Shown here one piece after another: positions 40,701 to 51,520 of a stretch of DNA of 64,000 nt (within the stretch, counting starts at the first letter, position 1; each line of letters begins with the position of its first letter). This DNA is from Bispira polyomma (taxonomy: Eukaryota). The notes under the pieces were generated by a model. The model had not been told where the DNA came from, searched no databases, and saw only the letters and a list, made by a program, of their open reading frames with translations. The stretch is taken from positions 69,812,001-69,876,000 of the forward strand of contig OZ287753.1 in the NCBI GenBank assembly GCA_965649765.1, given 5' to 3'. Both the position numbers and the translations under genes were made by a program.

Positions 40701-43700
40701 ATAATCACAAATATTTTTGAAACCACTATTTTTTATATTATTTTCAAGATTTGGAGTTTCATCAGATAAACATGTACTTACTTGTATGATGATAAATGCA
40801 TGGATAGTGTTAAGCCAAGTGACATAGTTATGTATTTTGATATGGAGTATTTCTATTGGATTAATACAGTAAAAGAGAATTTATTACAGAATACACTAAT
40901 AGGCAAGTAAATCATAAGTCCACTAAAAAGTATGTGTAGGTATATATATGTATATGTGTATTATTGTTCCAAAAATATATACATGTAGATATATCAGATA
41001 TAACATAATGATGCCACAATGGTTTATACAAAAAACATTTAACAAGGTGCTTATCCACATCAAAAATTGTAGATACTGCCAGCTATCGCAGTCATGTATA
41101 CATTTTTTGTATTTACTTTTTTTTTCTTGTTTCATTTTTCTTCTGTACATTGTTGTGTGTACCAAACGGTTCCCATTTTTGTACTTCACTGTTACATACT
41201 CCTAAGATATCATTATTTGCCGACTATAAAATATGCATGTACTTTTACTTCTAACATCTTAAACAGGACTCTGTACTGTGGTATTGTTCTAAAATGTGTC
41301 AAATTGAGAAACATGTCAAATGGCTTCTTCTAGTGATAATCTAAATGTGTCATCAGCAAATGTTCAAGGGATACAGGATAAAAAGAAAAGATATGATGTT
41401 GTTCAGTATTTGATCAAATCCAATTGTAACAATTTGTTTACAGGATACACACCTTACTTCAAAAGATGAAAATATTTTGCGTAATTATTCAAAATGTGAG
41501 ACTATTGTACATGGTATTAAGACAAATTCTCGCGGTGTAGCAATATTGCTTAAAAATAACTTTGAATACAAAATTAAAAATGTACAAAAAGATTTATCAG
41601 GGAACCTAATTGTGTTAGATTTAGATCTAAATGATATATCAATGCGCCTCATCAATCTATATGCTCCAAATTCAGACAATCCATCATTTTTTCGCAAGGT
41701 AAGGGAATTTATACAAGATAATACTGAAACACTTAGTAGTATGTGGAGATTTTAATCTAGTTTTGAATCCCAATTTGGACTCCTGCAATTATGTCAGCAT
41801 TCATAACCCAAAGACAAGAGAGGTGTTGAAGGAAACTATGAGTATGTACAACTTAATAGATGTCTTTAGACATCTTCATCCAGAAAGTAAAACGTATACA
41901 TGGAGAAGAAAAACCCCTTTAAGCAAGCCCGTTTAGATTATTTTATCTTGTCAAACCCACTAATAGACCTTGTTGATACTTGTAAAATAAAGCCAGGATA
42001 CCGAAGTGACCACTCGATCCTAGAACTTAGTATTGTAATTAATAGATTTACAAGAGGTAAAGGAATATGGTCTCTAAACTGCAGTCTCTTACAAAACCAT
42101 GATTATATCAAAACAATAAACAAGGTCATAGAAAACATAAGATTACAGTATATGATACCCGTATATAGTCCTGAATATGTTGATAACCCTGAGAATGAGA
42201 ATGTTCAGTTTACTATATCAAATAGAACCTTCTTGGAAGTTATGTTGTTGGGAATTAGAGGAGCCACTGTAAAATTTGCTTCAAATCTAAAAAGAAAAGA
42301 CTGCATAAAAGAAAAATTATTAGTTGAAGATATACAGCAGCTGGAAAACAGCAATGATGCAAATAATTTTTCTATTTTAGACCAAAAAAGACTTAAATTG
42401 AATATAATACGAGATCAAAAAATGTCAGGCCAAAAGGTTAGAGCCAGAGTGCAAGATCTATCAGAAGGTGAAAAACCAACGAAATATTCTCTAGGCCTAG
42501 AACAACGTAACTATGTTAACAAAACAATAAAAAGAATACATTTGGATAATGGTAGTTATATAACAGATCAAAAGAAATACTGTCTTATGTTAAGGAGTTT
42601 TATGCTACCCTTTTTACAAGCCGTGATGATAGTCTTGAAAATGTGAATTTATATGAAATGTTCAATTCCACTGAGATTACGAAACTAGATATTTCAGACC
42701 GCAGAATTTTAGGTGATCCAATCAAAATCACTGAAATAGAAACTGCCATAAAAACCATGAATAATAACAAAACCCCTGGTATTGATGGTCTTCCAGTAGA
42801 ATTTTATCAAGTTTTTTTGGGTGAAGATAAAATTTTTTGTACTGAGAGCATTACATGAAAGTTATGAAACTGGTAAATTACCTTATAGTATGAGACAATG
42901 TATAATAAACTGTATACCAAAAGGAAACAAACCTAGGGATCAATTAAAAAATTGGCGACCGATATCTCTATTGAGTGTCATATATAAATTAGCATCTAAG
43001 GTATTAGCCACCAGAATAAAATCGATACTCACTAAAATTATACCTCCTTCCCAAACAGGTTTCATACAAGGGCGCTTCATAGGAGAAAGTACACGTTTAA
43101 TTTATGATATAATGGAGTGTACAGATATAAAGCAGTTAGATGGTTTATTAATGATGATAGATTTTGAAAAAGCATTTGACTCTGTGTCTTGGAAATTTAT
43201 GTATAATGTACTTAACTACTTAGGCTTTGGTGATAATTTTATAAAGTGGATAAAATTGTTTAATGCTGACATTTATGCAACTGTTTTACAATCTGGACTT
43301 ACTTCTGAATTTATAAAAATAAAAAGAGACTGTAAGCAAGGAGATCCTGTATCACCTTATCTATTTATAATATGTGCATATATACTATACCTATTAATCA
43401 AATATAACATAAACATTAAAGGGGTCACTATTGAAGGTAAAGAATTCAAAATTACTCAATATGCTGATGACACAACCCTAATTCTTGATGGTTCTGAAAA
43501 ATCTCTGCAGGCATCATTAAATGTTTTAGAAATTTTTGGTAATATATCCGGCTTAAAAATTAATACATCTAAAACTAAAGTTGTATGGATTGGTCGGAAA
43601 AAATATTCTAAGGATAAACTATGTCAACAGTATAATTTAGAATGGAATATATTAGAATTCTCTCTGTTGGGTATCTTGTTTCATGTTGATATCGAGAAAA

Positions 43701-46700
43701 TTCCCTCTAAAAACTATGAAAAAGCTGTTTTAAAAATAAAGGAAACTATTAAACAGTGGCAAAAAAGGCACCTAACACCACTTGGCAAAGTAACAATCAT
43801 GAAAACTCTTTTGTTATCTAAGTTTACCCATTTATTTTTATCAATACCCTCACCTGATATCAAGATTTTACAGGAAATCAATACAATGTTATTTAAATTT
43901 CTGTGGAATGGAAAACCTGATAAAATTAAAAGAGATTTAGTATGTAAAGACTATCTGGAGGGAGGTCTACAAATGAATAATGTTGAATATTTTATAAAAT
44001 CTCTAAAATGTACTTGGATCAGAAGACTATTACTATCTAATTCCCCAGACTGGGCAGTACTGTTTGAAAAACTCGTTTCACCAGTAAGAAAGCTAATGGA
44101 TTTTGGTCGTGGCTGGTTGAAATTATTATGTGGCAGAATAAAGAACCAATTTTGGAAGGATGTCATATTGGCCTGGTGTGATTTAGTTAATAAAGATGAA
44201 AAGATTAGGAATGATCATATTATCTCCATGCCACTTTGGTATAATGTGAAACTTGGTAATATTCCACCTATTGCAAATTGGTACAAAAATGGAATTTGTG
44301 TTATTGGTGACATGTTTGATAGAAATGGTAGTTTTTTGTCACAGAACGATTGGAAGCAAAAATACAATCTTGTTTCGATAAACTTTTTAGAATACTATAA
44401 AATTAAAAAAAAAGAGTTTCTTTATTAATAGAAAGATTTGGCAATAATAATCAAAACCTAATTATGGAAAGACCAATATACCCTTATCAGTTTTCAATTC
44501 TGCTGCAAAGTCAAAGAGGAACGAAGCGTATATACAGCCAATTCAATAATGTTATGATCAAATCTACTTTTAAAGATAAATGGGCCCATGACCTTGGTCA
44601 AACTCTTAATGACAAACTTTGGTGTTCAATATTCAAGGCATGCTTTAAAACCTTAAAGGATAACTTTGTAATATGGCTTCAATATAGAATAATTCACAGA
44701 ATACTAGGCACCAATAAATTACTGTATGATATGTCTATCAAAAGATCTCCTATTTGTTCTTTCTGTAAAACTTTGCCTGAAACAATAATTCACCTATTTG
44801 CTGAATGTCCTGTTGTAATAGACCTTTGGAATTCTTTACAACATTGGATTTATGAGTCAATACATGTTACTTTGGACATAAACTCATACAACATTATTTT
44901 GAGATATTTAGATTATGATGAAACTTTCCTGCCCAGAAACACCATTTGTACAGTTACTAAGGCCTTCATTTTCCAATGCTCCCGTGTTAATAGAAATCCA
45001 CAATTACACTTGTTAAAACAAAAACTAAGAAAGACGTACACTGAACAACTTCTGTTAGCACAATTAAACTGCAAAGATGAAATGTTTACTAAACAATGGT
45101 CCAAATTCAGTAGCCTGATGAATAAGGATTAAATATATGCATGATTGTAACTATTAGATAAACATGTGATATATAATATTGTAGAAACATGTTGTCTCTG
45201 AATGTTTTCATTTGGCCTGAATGATCCAAGCTATGATAATGTGCTCTTGCAATACACATTAATCTGTGTTGTTTCCTTAACCAGTTATATGATAATGTAT
45301 TCTTTTTTACATATTAATCCAAGCTATGTGGCTAGCTTGTAATCCGATAATCTGTGCTGGTATGATTTGAGTTATGGAGTTGGGTTTATTAACCTAATGT
45401 GTGAATTGATGTACTGAAGTAATTTAATAATGTGCTCTGATACTATGTATTAATCTATGTAATATACATGGCCTGTTAATTATGTGGTTCGTGCATTTCA
45501 TAAAGTTCTATGTCAGTTTTGTTGATGTTACCCAGTACTGTAGCCCTAAACTATTTTGGGAATCTTTTGTACATACATTTTGTATAACTCTTATATAATA
45601 AATGTTTATTTATTTAAAAAAAAAAAAAATTATTTTTACCATTATTCCACTTTAAAATATACATGTAAAGAACTAAATACAAAATGTAACAATGTAAAAA
45701 ATCAAGGGTTATATACTGAAACTTAATCTATTTCATTTAACAATTCAACAAAGTAGAAAACATACTCGACATTGTGGGCGAGTTAAATGTAACTTTACTG
45801 ATCCATACTCTTTTCTACTAGCCATCGATAGTGGCCCCATTGCCTGTTTGACACACTGTTATTTAGGACTGCCGCAAGTCGCAACAAGTGAACTAGATTA
45901 CACGTCTCCCAGTCCTCTACTCGCTACTTAGTTCTACTAAGTACTGCGCCTATACACATAATAAGCCATGTGTATATGGGAGATTAACGTAAACAAAACT
46001 CAATTAATAAAGTATGTCATCTATATTGGTTTACAACTTTCGACACCATTTACTTCCCATTATAACAGTCCGCCTTTATCAGAATTTTGTAAATTTGCAC
46101 TCGAGTATGAGTACTACTGTCATCGCCGATTATTACTCGCTTACTCACGGCCAGCCCTACCGTTATTTGTGTCTAAGAAGTGCTTCCTTGAGTTTGTCAT
46201 ACCTGAACCATCTCTGTATAATAGTGGCCGCCATGTCTTTCCTCTTGGCCAAGTCTTCAGCCACGGCTTTGTTAGAGCGCGAGTCTTGCCTCTTTACTAG
46301 CCCTCTACTCCCACCACCGCCACCACAACCACCCACATGGTTCACATTATTTGGGCCACTGCCGCGGACAGAATCATTCACTTGATTGACTGGGGTTTTG
46401 TGTTTGATATTCTGCACGGAATTCTCTAATGGAGTCTTTGTCTTAGCACCGGACATCCCTTGTGATGTCATATTGTTCGCTATGCTGTTCAACTTTGTCG
46501 CTTTCTCTGCTGAAATATCGTTTGGCGAGTTCAGACTAAGGTCGTTCTCGCCGTGCGACAAATTACGAGTTTTGAGGCTCCGATCGGAAGAAGGTCTATT
46601 TTGGTTAGCTTTCACCCCCGTCACCTCAAACCCACCGCCACCACTGCCCTGCCGCTGTGACCTTGGTAGCGGTGACGACAACTGAGCCACCTGGTCGGTA

Positions 46701-49700
46701 TGGTGGTGATTTTGATTGGAAGTAGCTGCTGCTTCACTGTTTGTGTACCTATGTGTAGAGAGACCCGCGACGGACTCAATCTCCAGGTCTTGGTTTGTTT
46801 GACTGATTCTCATCATGAGTGCATTAAACTCGTCCTCGTCCCCTGTACTACTATTGGAGCGTGCGCTCGCGGGCGTAAATACACTGTGAGACAGTTTGCC
46901 AGGCTTACTGGGACCCTGTGAAGGGCGCTCAGGACGCGCAGAATCTACTGTGGATGTACTCCGGGCACTGCTGGTAGATGCCTGAAAATACAGCCGATAT
47001 GTAGTTTTATTACATACCAGTTGTCCAAAATACAGTAGGACCAATGGACTATTACGCAAACTTACATTAACCGAATATATCAATTTTATGAACTTACTGC
47101 ATTAATTTCTAAAATTTACATTTTCTTATACTTTTATACTTGAATGCCTCTTCTATTAACCGAACAAAATATTGGCCGAACTATATATTGCCCGAAGTAA
47201 ATATTGCTTTCCCCAACATATAGAGGTTTTGCCATATAAATATTAATCCAGTTTCTTCCTTCATGTGGGAATGTTTGTCATGTAAATCGGTGGTTTAGAG
47301 TTGTCGTTTTTTTTTTGTTTTGTTTTTAATTTGGATATTTAACGTCCACTCTAGTACCTGTTTAGGTTATATTGGGACGGGTAGTTGGAAACGCTGGAGG
47401 AAACACTGCATACAGTTGATCATAGTTCTGCACTGAAACCAGCGACCCACAGTAAGGAACTACCACCTTTCCCACATAGGCATCGACGGGATTCGAACTC
47501 ACGCTGCCCAGAGGTGAGAAACTAGTGATTGTAAAGCACAATGCTTGCTAACCACTGGTCCAACGCGACCTCCGGTGGTTTAGAGTGTTTCAGCACTGCT
47601 TTCTTCGACCAATATACTGGCCTTCTTGATATGACCTTAGCTGTTAAGAGCATCGTCAAACCTAATTACATTCAAATAAATTAAATATGAGCATCATTTG
47701 CTCGTTCACAGTGCTAGTATTATCACCACTCACCCAGGCTGGCTTGTGTGCTTTGTTCTTTTGTTGTGGCTTCTTGATCTTTGGCTGTACTGGATTACTC
47801 TCAAAGAATGCCATCAAATCATCTCTACAAAATAACACAGTAATGGTGTCAATGTTTACGGAGAGAAGCCTACGGTCAGGAACTAGATGGAGTACTTCTG
47901 TCTACAATTATTCTACGCCAATCGTCAAGCTGAGATTGTTATGGTGAAAATCAGAACTCCAAAGTATTAGACTAAAGTTAGTCTAAACATAATGCAAAGC
48001 TGCAATCCTATTGTTGGTTATCTTAAGTAAATAGTATCGGGTCAAACTCAGTTATGACGCAATAACTACAATCTATTGTTGTTATTTATAGTAATTTTCC
48101 AAACTCAGAAAATCTGAAAAGTGACACAAACTTGAAATTTCCTCAGATACAGCCAAGATTAATAAGGTCAAGATTATAAACTTTGAGGTCAAAGGTTAAA
48201 TGAAAGTCAGGCAAGAATAAATAAAGGACATTTTGGCAAATATAAATTGCTCTCTGACAGCTGGTCCATTAAGCTATTGTCTGGATATGTCAGACTGTAT
48301 GATATTACTGGCTGTTGAATAAACACTACAGTTTATACTCAAGTTTTCAAAACTTGTCTAACAAAAAAAACACTACAGTTTACAATGATTTTGGTTTTGT
48401 ATATGTACAATGGAACCTCCATTATCTGAATATTAAAATACTAATCATCTTGTGTCATTTTTCCCATGCAATGTATTATAATATATTTTCTCATTGGTTT
48501 AAACTTACAAAAAAACCTGTTTTCAGTTGAACAAAAATCTTGCTCTCCCAAGGCCTTCGGATAACCGACGTTATTATTGTATTGACAAACCTTGCAGAAA
48601 CCTTTTTGCCTACATCTCCTGCTGTACTGACATCACTCCGCTGACTCAGCTGTCCACTACTCCCACTGCGCCTTATTTTACCCTTAGGAGTACTAGGGGT
48701 CTGCCAAAGTACATCAAAACATTTAGATGCAGCCACATCATGCATTACCTAGATACCTTAGTGATAACAAAGTTTTTTTAAACTTATTTTATTTGGGTTT
48801 TACATCAATTTGAACAGCTTTGGTCATATTGCAACAGCTAGGTTTAGTGGTGGGTGAAACCACAGCTACGGCAAGTACCTTACAAAACTTTCTCACATGA
48901 AGAAGGAATCTGTGAGATTCGATCCCCACAGGTGTGACTAGTGATCTTTTAAAACAGACGCTTATAACCACTAGGCCACTGTGGCCCATCTTAGGAACAG
49001 AGGGGATCTCGGTTCAATATAAAAGTAATGTTAAATATTGTAACTAAAAAGTATAATAATATTAGTTTTATTCAGTAATATGTCCTAAATAAAAGTGAAA
49101 GGCAAAGTTAAGTGTTTAGAAAAAATGCCTCTGAGTCTGCTGCATATATGTGCATCAACAAGATGTATATACGTGAAATTTTATTTCTTAACTCTCAACA
49201 GTCTCGGATATTTGCTTGTCCTGAGCTAGTTGCCAGACAAGATCATCGCTATATGATAAGTAGATTGGCAGATGCCAGTCTACTAAAAATGCAGGCCTCA
49301 CAAGAACTTGAGCTGTAAGCACTACTTGTAAGTATTACAGAAGTATCTTAACAACATTACTAAAACTTACATATGTATAGAGAGGCTGTTATCACTGGTG
49401 TGATTGCTTGCAAAAATTAAATTGCTTTTCAGGAGGTTAAAAACAAATGAAATCTGGTATATTTCGTTGGTATCCTAGTCTTCTATTAAAACGTATAACA
49501 GATGTACATGAGCTATAACCTTCAACAGGAAATGCGATCTCGGAACGTTTTTAAAGTCATGGGGCCGCGGTGGTCTAGTGGTTAGCAAGCATTGCGCTTC
49601 ACAATCACTGGTCTCTCACTTCTGGGCGGCGTTAGTTCGAATCCCGTCGATGCCTATGTGGGAAAGGTGGCAGTTCCTTACTGTGGGCCGCTGGTTTCAG

Positions 49701-50400
49701 TGCAGAACCTTGATCAACTGTATGCAGCGTTTCCTCCAGCGTTTCCAACTAACCGTCCCAATATAACCTAAACAGGTCCTAGAGTGGATGTTAAATATTT
49801 AAATTCAAATCTAAATTCAAATTAAAAGTCATACACACGAAATCTGGGCATATAATAGGAGTGCCATTTTATATCATGTATTGCGAAAATTACATATATT
49901 TCAGAATTTTATAGAATTTTTGTAAAACGGTCTTAAACACTTCATAGCGGTAATTGCCATAATTGTTCATAATGAAGTGAAATGCGGCATACAAGTACAA
50001 CACTAATGCTCACCGAGTCTAGCGATACCTCCCTTTTAATTAGTAGATGGGTTTATCACACAAGATTCACCAAGTAAAATCTTAGTAATATCCGGATCCG
50101 TATGATATGAACAATTATTGGCATCATGACCCCTAAGGTACCTGTAAAAAATCAGGTAGTAGGCAACACCTGTAGTTTAAAGAAGACAATGTTTTTTGCC
50201 TAATTATTATGTGTACATAGAGCCATGACGACATGTTGTCTGATATAACAATGACCTACCACAAGAGGTTGAGTCTTTTGTCGTGCACCAGAGCCAGTTG
50301 CTGGGTGCTTGGCTGAACCAGGTCTACGGGCACTGGACACAGGTGTACTGATCTGAGAGCCTGTCAGGCTTAGGCCAAGATCACCTGCACCCAAAGACAT
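13573..50400 (-). CDS. CEP131: Centrosomal protein of 131 kDa (AZI1), 23 coding exons, about 1230 aa
   Basis: Exons joined with GT-AG and matching phase give 3693 nt including the stop. The translation contains CEP131 hallmarks: IIQRWFRRH (IQ-like), TIDDLMATLKKLEEE, NQQRELTVRHARETEKEM, IKRHLSFIDQLIDDKK, AAEKLRRERWIEEKTKKIKETTVKGLEPEIQRLIAKHK and AAVKRADHLEGLLEQQ. Additional symmetric exons could have been missed. Confidence 0.93.
14274..14365 (-). CDS. CEP131: CEP131 coding exon 22
   Basis: ARHKIELERGKAEIELVHKAKDEEMEEVHKR; GT-AG. Confidence 0.9.
15050..15175 (-). CDS. CEP131: CEP131 coding exon 21
   Basis: LLDKLNEERSHVSDVIRQEFADKLVATEEENKRIKNQMSELK. Confidence 0.9.
15612..15812. mobile_element. 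MITE with long near-perfect TIRs
   Basis: GGGACCGTATTCACAAAAGGTCTT / AAGACCTTTTGTGAATACGGCCCC. Confidence 0.75.
15852..15938 (-). CDS. CEP131: CEP131 coding exon 20
   Basis: AQLAEFEGENERKKVTLRQKDKEIVELKK. Confidence 0.88.
16747..16831 (-). CDS. CEP131: CEP131 coding exon 19
   Basis: RIRDKYEAEMSELERSERQTMEKYNHTK. Confidence 0.9.
17287..17414 (-). CDS. CEP131: CEP131 coding exon 18
   Basis: ERELKDSVRKERDKEIELVINRLEADNQNARDECERVADNRIK. Confidence 0.9.
17420..17783 (-). mobile_element. L2 LINE 3' end abutting the exon 18 acceptor
   Basis: Highly similar to 2391-2705, including the ATTACA tail. Confidence 0.85.
18427..18763. repeat. 60-bp tandem repeat (~5 copies) overlapping the exon 17 donor
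   Basis: Unit GCCTACCTTCTGTATGGACCGGTGTTTAATGACTGTAATCCAGAGATAAGCGTAAGATCA. Confidence 0.95.
18747..18842 (-). CDS. CEP131: CEP131 coding exon 17
   Basis: AETKQLKEQLALEKTSWEENYMKKQDTWSIQK. Confidence 0.9.
19442..19667 (-). CDS. CEP131: CEP131 coding exon 16
   Basis: YEKQVQQEEEAYQQQRRRLYSEVQEEK...EEQEKRHE. Confidence 0.92.
21168..21385 (-). CDS. CEP131: CEP131 coding exon 15
   Basis: ETTVKGLEPEIQRLIAKHKSEVKKLKSIQEAELLASDERAGQ... Confidence 0.93.
21669..21946. repeat. 73-bp tandem repeat (~3.7 copies) abutting the exon 14 donor
   Basis: Units start at 21669, 21742 and 21815. Confidence 0.9.
21949..22045 (-). CDS. CEP131: CEP131 coding exon 14
   Basis: HEIELRKLKEVQAAAEKLRRERWIEEKTKKIK. Confidence 0.93.
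22828..22934 (-). CDS. CEP131: CEP131 coding exon 13
   Basis: LIDDKKSLGEKCEVVVKELKQVDRKYADKIRTMQE. Confidence 0.92.
24099..24224 (-). CDS. CEP131: CEP131 coding exon 12
   Basis: NQQRELTVRHARETEKEMKRRLDIQKDEYEETIKRHLSFIDQ. Confidence 0.93.
24385..24730. repeat. ~113-bp tandem repeat (about 3 copies)
   Basis: CCACTGGGGATAGGACCCAAAT at 24483 and 24596, a partial copy at 24710 and a degenerate copy at 24385. Confidence 0.85.
25503..25580 (-). CDS. CEP131: CEP131 coding exon 11
   Basis: VTSTVLTQKMQLEEKKRTVGILQKAL. Confidence 0.9.
27309..27410 (-). CDS. CEP131: CEP131 coding exon 10 (10b)
   Basis: ELTHANDALDKPALLLPSGEELAELEQASAYAAE; phase 0/0, CAG acceptor and GTAAC donor. Confidence 0.82.
28966..29064 (-). 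CDS. CEP131: Paralogous duplicate of CEP131 exon 10 (10a), candidate mutually exclusive exon
   Basis: LSEANDALTNPALLLPSGEELAHLEQASANAAE; 99 nt, phase 0/0, TAG acceptor and GTAGA donor; 27/33 aa identical to exon 10. Confidence 0.7.
29768..30167. repeat. ~38-bp tandem repeat copying the exon 9 end and its donor
   Basis: Unit CACTCACCTGGTCAATCTGACTGAGTCTCTCATTCGGT, decaying with distance from the exon. Confidence 0.92.
30144..30325 (-). CDS. CEP131: CEP131 coding exon 9
   Basis: DDLEKTESEDKDAYLTSEKLERLDK...DEKMKNIITYLDEVETAERLSQIDQ. Confidence 0.88.
30655..30918 (-). mobile_element. Young tRNA-derived SINE with 11-bp TSD
   Basis: Full head and (AAATTC)n tail; CAGATAGAAGA at 30644-30654 and 30919-30929. 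Confidence 0.88.
31261..31516 (-). CDS. CEP131: CEP131 coding exon 8
   Basis: ESQPKVNGYHSDSP...KTTIDDLMATLKKLEEEDT...KPLAW. Confidence 0.88.
32151..32263 (-). CDS. CEP131: CEP131 coding exon 7
   Basis: NAKKPCRRDTDSDESPQRPSPATSSRHTPRNKGGQLL; phases 1/0 fit the neighbouring exons. Confidence 0.78.
32317..34630 (+). mobile_element. Helentron/HINE-like non-autonomous element with an internal ~135-bp satellite and a subterminal palindrome
   Basis: ACTAGAGT start, tandem array at 32400-34080 and inverted repeat 34261-34397 / 34454-34589. The family assignment is inferred from architecture only. Confidence 0.5.
32400..34080. repeat. ~135-bp tandem satellite array (about 11 units)
   Basis: ATACCCT(G/T)TGGGCCCAAAATTCAGCCGAAATCACTCTATCTC recurs at about 32696, 32835, 32974, 33111, 33241, 33378, 33513, 33648 and 33788. 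Confidence 0.95.
37023..37161 (-). CDS. CEP131: CEP131 coding exon 6
   Basis: ELQRKREEKRLENKRLAEEEIKFLQATGKVGK... Confidence 0.88.
37420..38119. repeat. 22-bp minisatellite (~31 copies) overlapping the exon 5 donor
   Basis: Unit TATGGCTCCCTCTACT(C/T/A)AC(CTG/TAG/CAG). Confidence 0.95.
38114..38291 (-). CDS. CEP131: CEP131 coding exon 5
   Basis: RHCCRSKAGEAALKRMLGNKKQ...REDRARAARQDAIQ. Confidence 0.9.
38938..40187 (+). CDS. LINE ORF1: coiled coil + L1-type RRM/CTD fused to a C-terminal NADAR (YbiA/DUF1768) domain; one frameshift near 40025
   Basis: RKNNLHFFGIQE, FERVHRVG...RPILAK and DDFP match L1 ORF1p. FFGRDSPLSNHHPCKF...IEQYLMIEKARVFDD...KRLGKQI...KFTQN and, in the -1 frame, LKTGSTVIAEASPTDNFWGCG...WKGKNIMRKLLMRIREE* match NADAR. 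Confidence 0.85.
41320..45132 (+). pseudogene. LINE ORF2: APE endonuclease + reverse transcriptase + C-terminal cysteine-rich (zf-RVT) region, broken by about six frameshifts
   Basis: SANVQG, CLQDTH, NLYAPN, GDFN, RLDYF, SDH (APE); KTPGIDG, NWRPISLL, DFEKAFD, KQGDPVSP, QYADD (RT); CSFCKTLPETIIHLFAECP. Confidence 0.92.
46203..46981 (-). CDS. CEP131: CEP131 coding exon 4 (large low-complexity exon)
   Basis: Open 779-nt exon ending DMAATIIQRWFR; the phase matches exon 5. Confidence 0.88.
47302..47572 (-). mobile_element. Young SINE nested inside an older SINE (47245-47677), 14-bp TSD
   Basis: CGGTGGTTTAGAGT at 47288-47301 and 47573-47586; older-SINE sequence continues on both sides. Confidence 0.85.
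47734..47824 (-). CDS. CEP131: CEP131 coding exon 3
   Basis: DDLMAFFESNPVQPKIKKPQQKNKAHKPAW; phases 2/0. Confidence 0.78.
48591..48700 (-). CDS. CEP131: CEP131 coding exon 2
   Basis: TPSTPKGKIRRSGSSGQLSQRSDVSTAGDVGKKVSAR; the donor was chosen to match the phase of exon 3. Confidence 0.75.
49561..49822 (+). mobile_element. Young full-length tRNA-derived SINE
   Basis: GGGGCCGCGGTGGTCTAGTGGTTAG (A box), GTTCGAATCC (B box), AAATTC tail; AAAGTCAT on both flanks. Confidence 0.9.
50260..50400 (-). CDS. CEP131: CEP131 first coding exon
   Basis: MSLGAGDLGLSLTGSQISTPVSSARRPGSAK resembles the CEP131 N-terminal DLSLTG...RRPGSA motif. An acceptor at 50421-50422 implies an upstream non-coding exon. Confidence 0.8.
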
Positions 50401-51520
50401 GTTCAGGGCAAGTCAGGAAGCTACAAAAGTGAAAAAGAGTTCATAAAATTGAATATTCTAAAAGAGATTTATATTGTTGGAAACAATATTATTGTAGTTG
50501 TCGACCATGATGAAATAATGAAAAACCATAATTTTTATTAAAATAAATCATGTGAAATGTATCCATTCATCAATTTAAATAGTTTCTACAGGTACAATCG
50601 GACAATGTTTCGGGGCTTTTTGACTACTTACTTCGATTCCACTACACACTGGGGCAGTTAAAGAAAATTTGTGTACTTGTTAAAGAATAGGTTATTAACA
50701 GTAAACAAAATGTCTCCCTGTCCCTGAATTTAAAAAATTCTAGGTAAATATGTTAAATCATCAGATAAAATTAAAAGACATGGTGAGTATTATATTAATA
50801 AGAAGGTTATTTTGAGATCTCCAACATCTGCCTTGTTTTATGGAAAACATTACGGTGTTACCCCCTTCCACTCTTAGAAGAAGGAACCCAATCTTCCTAT
50901 GCAATTTGCTATAAGAAACCCAGCCGTTGATTGGTTGTCACGGGACAACTTCACGATTTTAAACCAAATGAAAATATAGAAGACAAACAGTGAGTGTAGT
51001 TTATTGTTTTAAAGATGCTCAGATTGAGATATATTTTCTAAAGAAACACCTGTTTTTCTGTAAAACGGAAGTTCTTTTTTTTTTTAAATGTACTTTGTCA
51101 ATCATGGTAACAAACTGATATCAAAAATATTGGATTTTCACTCCCCTTCAATTGAAGATGTTATATTATCCAAATATTTGTGATGTTTTTAAATTACTGT
51201 GCCTTAATCTTCACAGCTATCAACTAATTCATGATCTTATATTATCCAAATACTGATGGTTATGGTCTGCTTTATTTTCAAATCACTGGTCATATTTCAT
51301 CAAAAACATAAAGTAAAAAAATTTCTACAACTTTAGCCCTATCACTCTCCAAGTTCTTATTAAACACATTTTGGATTATAAAAATCTCAATGACAGGTTT
51401 GCTATTTGTAATACTTTAATATTGAACATGTTTTACAGGTAAGAGGGTCCACTAAAACCACTTCTATTGTTTCATTTTCTACACCAAGCTCAGACATCAC
51501 TTTTAATCACTCAGGCTAAA

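Larger units (their letters stand above)
38754..45629 (+). mobile_element. Full-length L1/Tx1-clade non-LTR retrotransposon in CEP131 intron 4 (antisense to the host gene)
   Basis: TSD TTATTTTTACCAT at 38741-38753 and 45630-45642; AATAAA at 45597; poly(A) at 45616-45629; ORF1 plus APE-RT-zinc finger ORF2. Confidence 0.93.

Noticed and set aside
45968-46921. Several plus-strand ORFs
   Set aside because: Antisense shadows of CEP131 exon 4.
48602-48700. Shorter version of CEP131 exon 2 ending at AAG|GTTTCT
   Set aside because: Its phase 0 end is incompatible with exon 3, which needs phase 2; the donor at 48590 was preferred.
49561-49660. tRNA gene (A and B boxes)
   Set aside because: It is the head of a multi-copy SINE with body, tail and TSD; no cloverleaf is evident.
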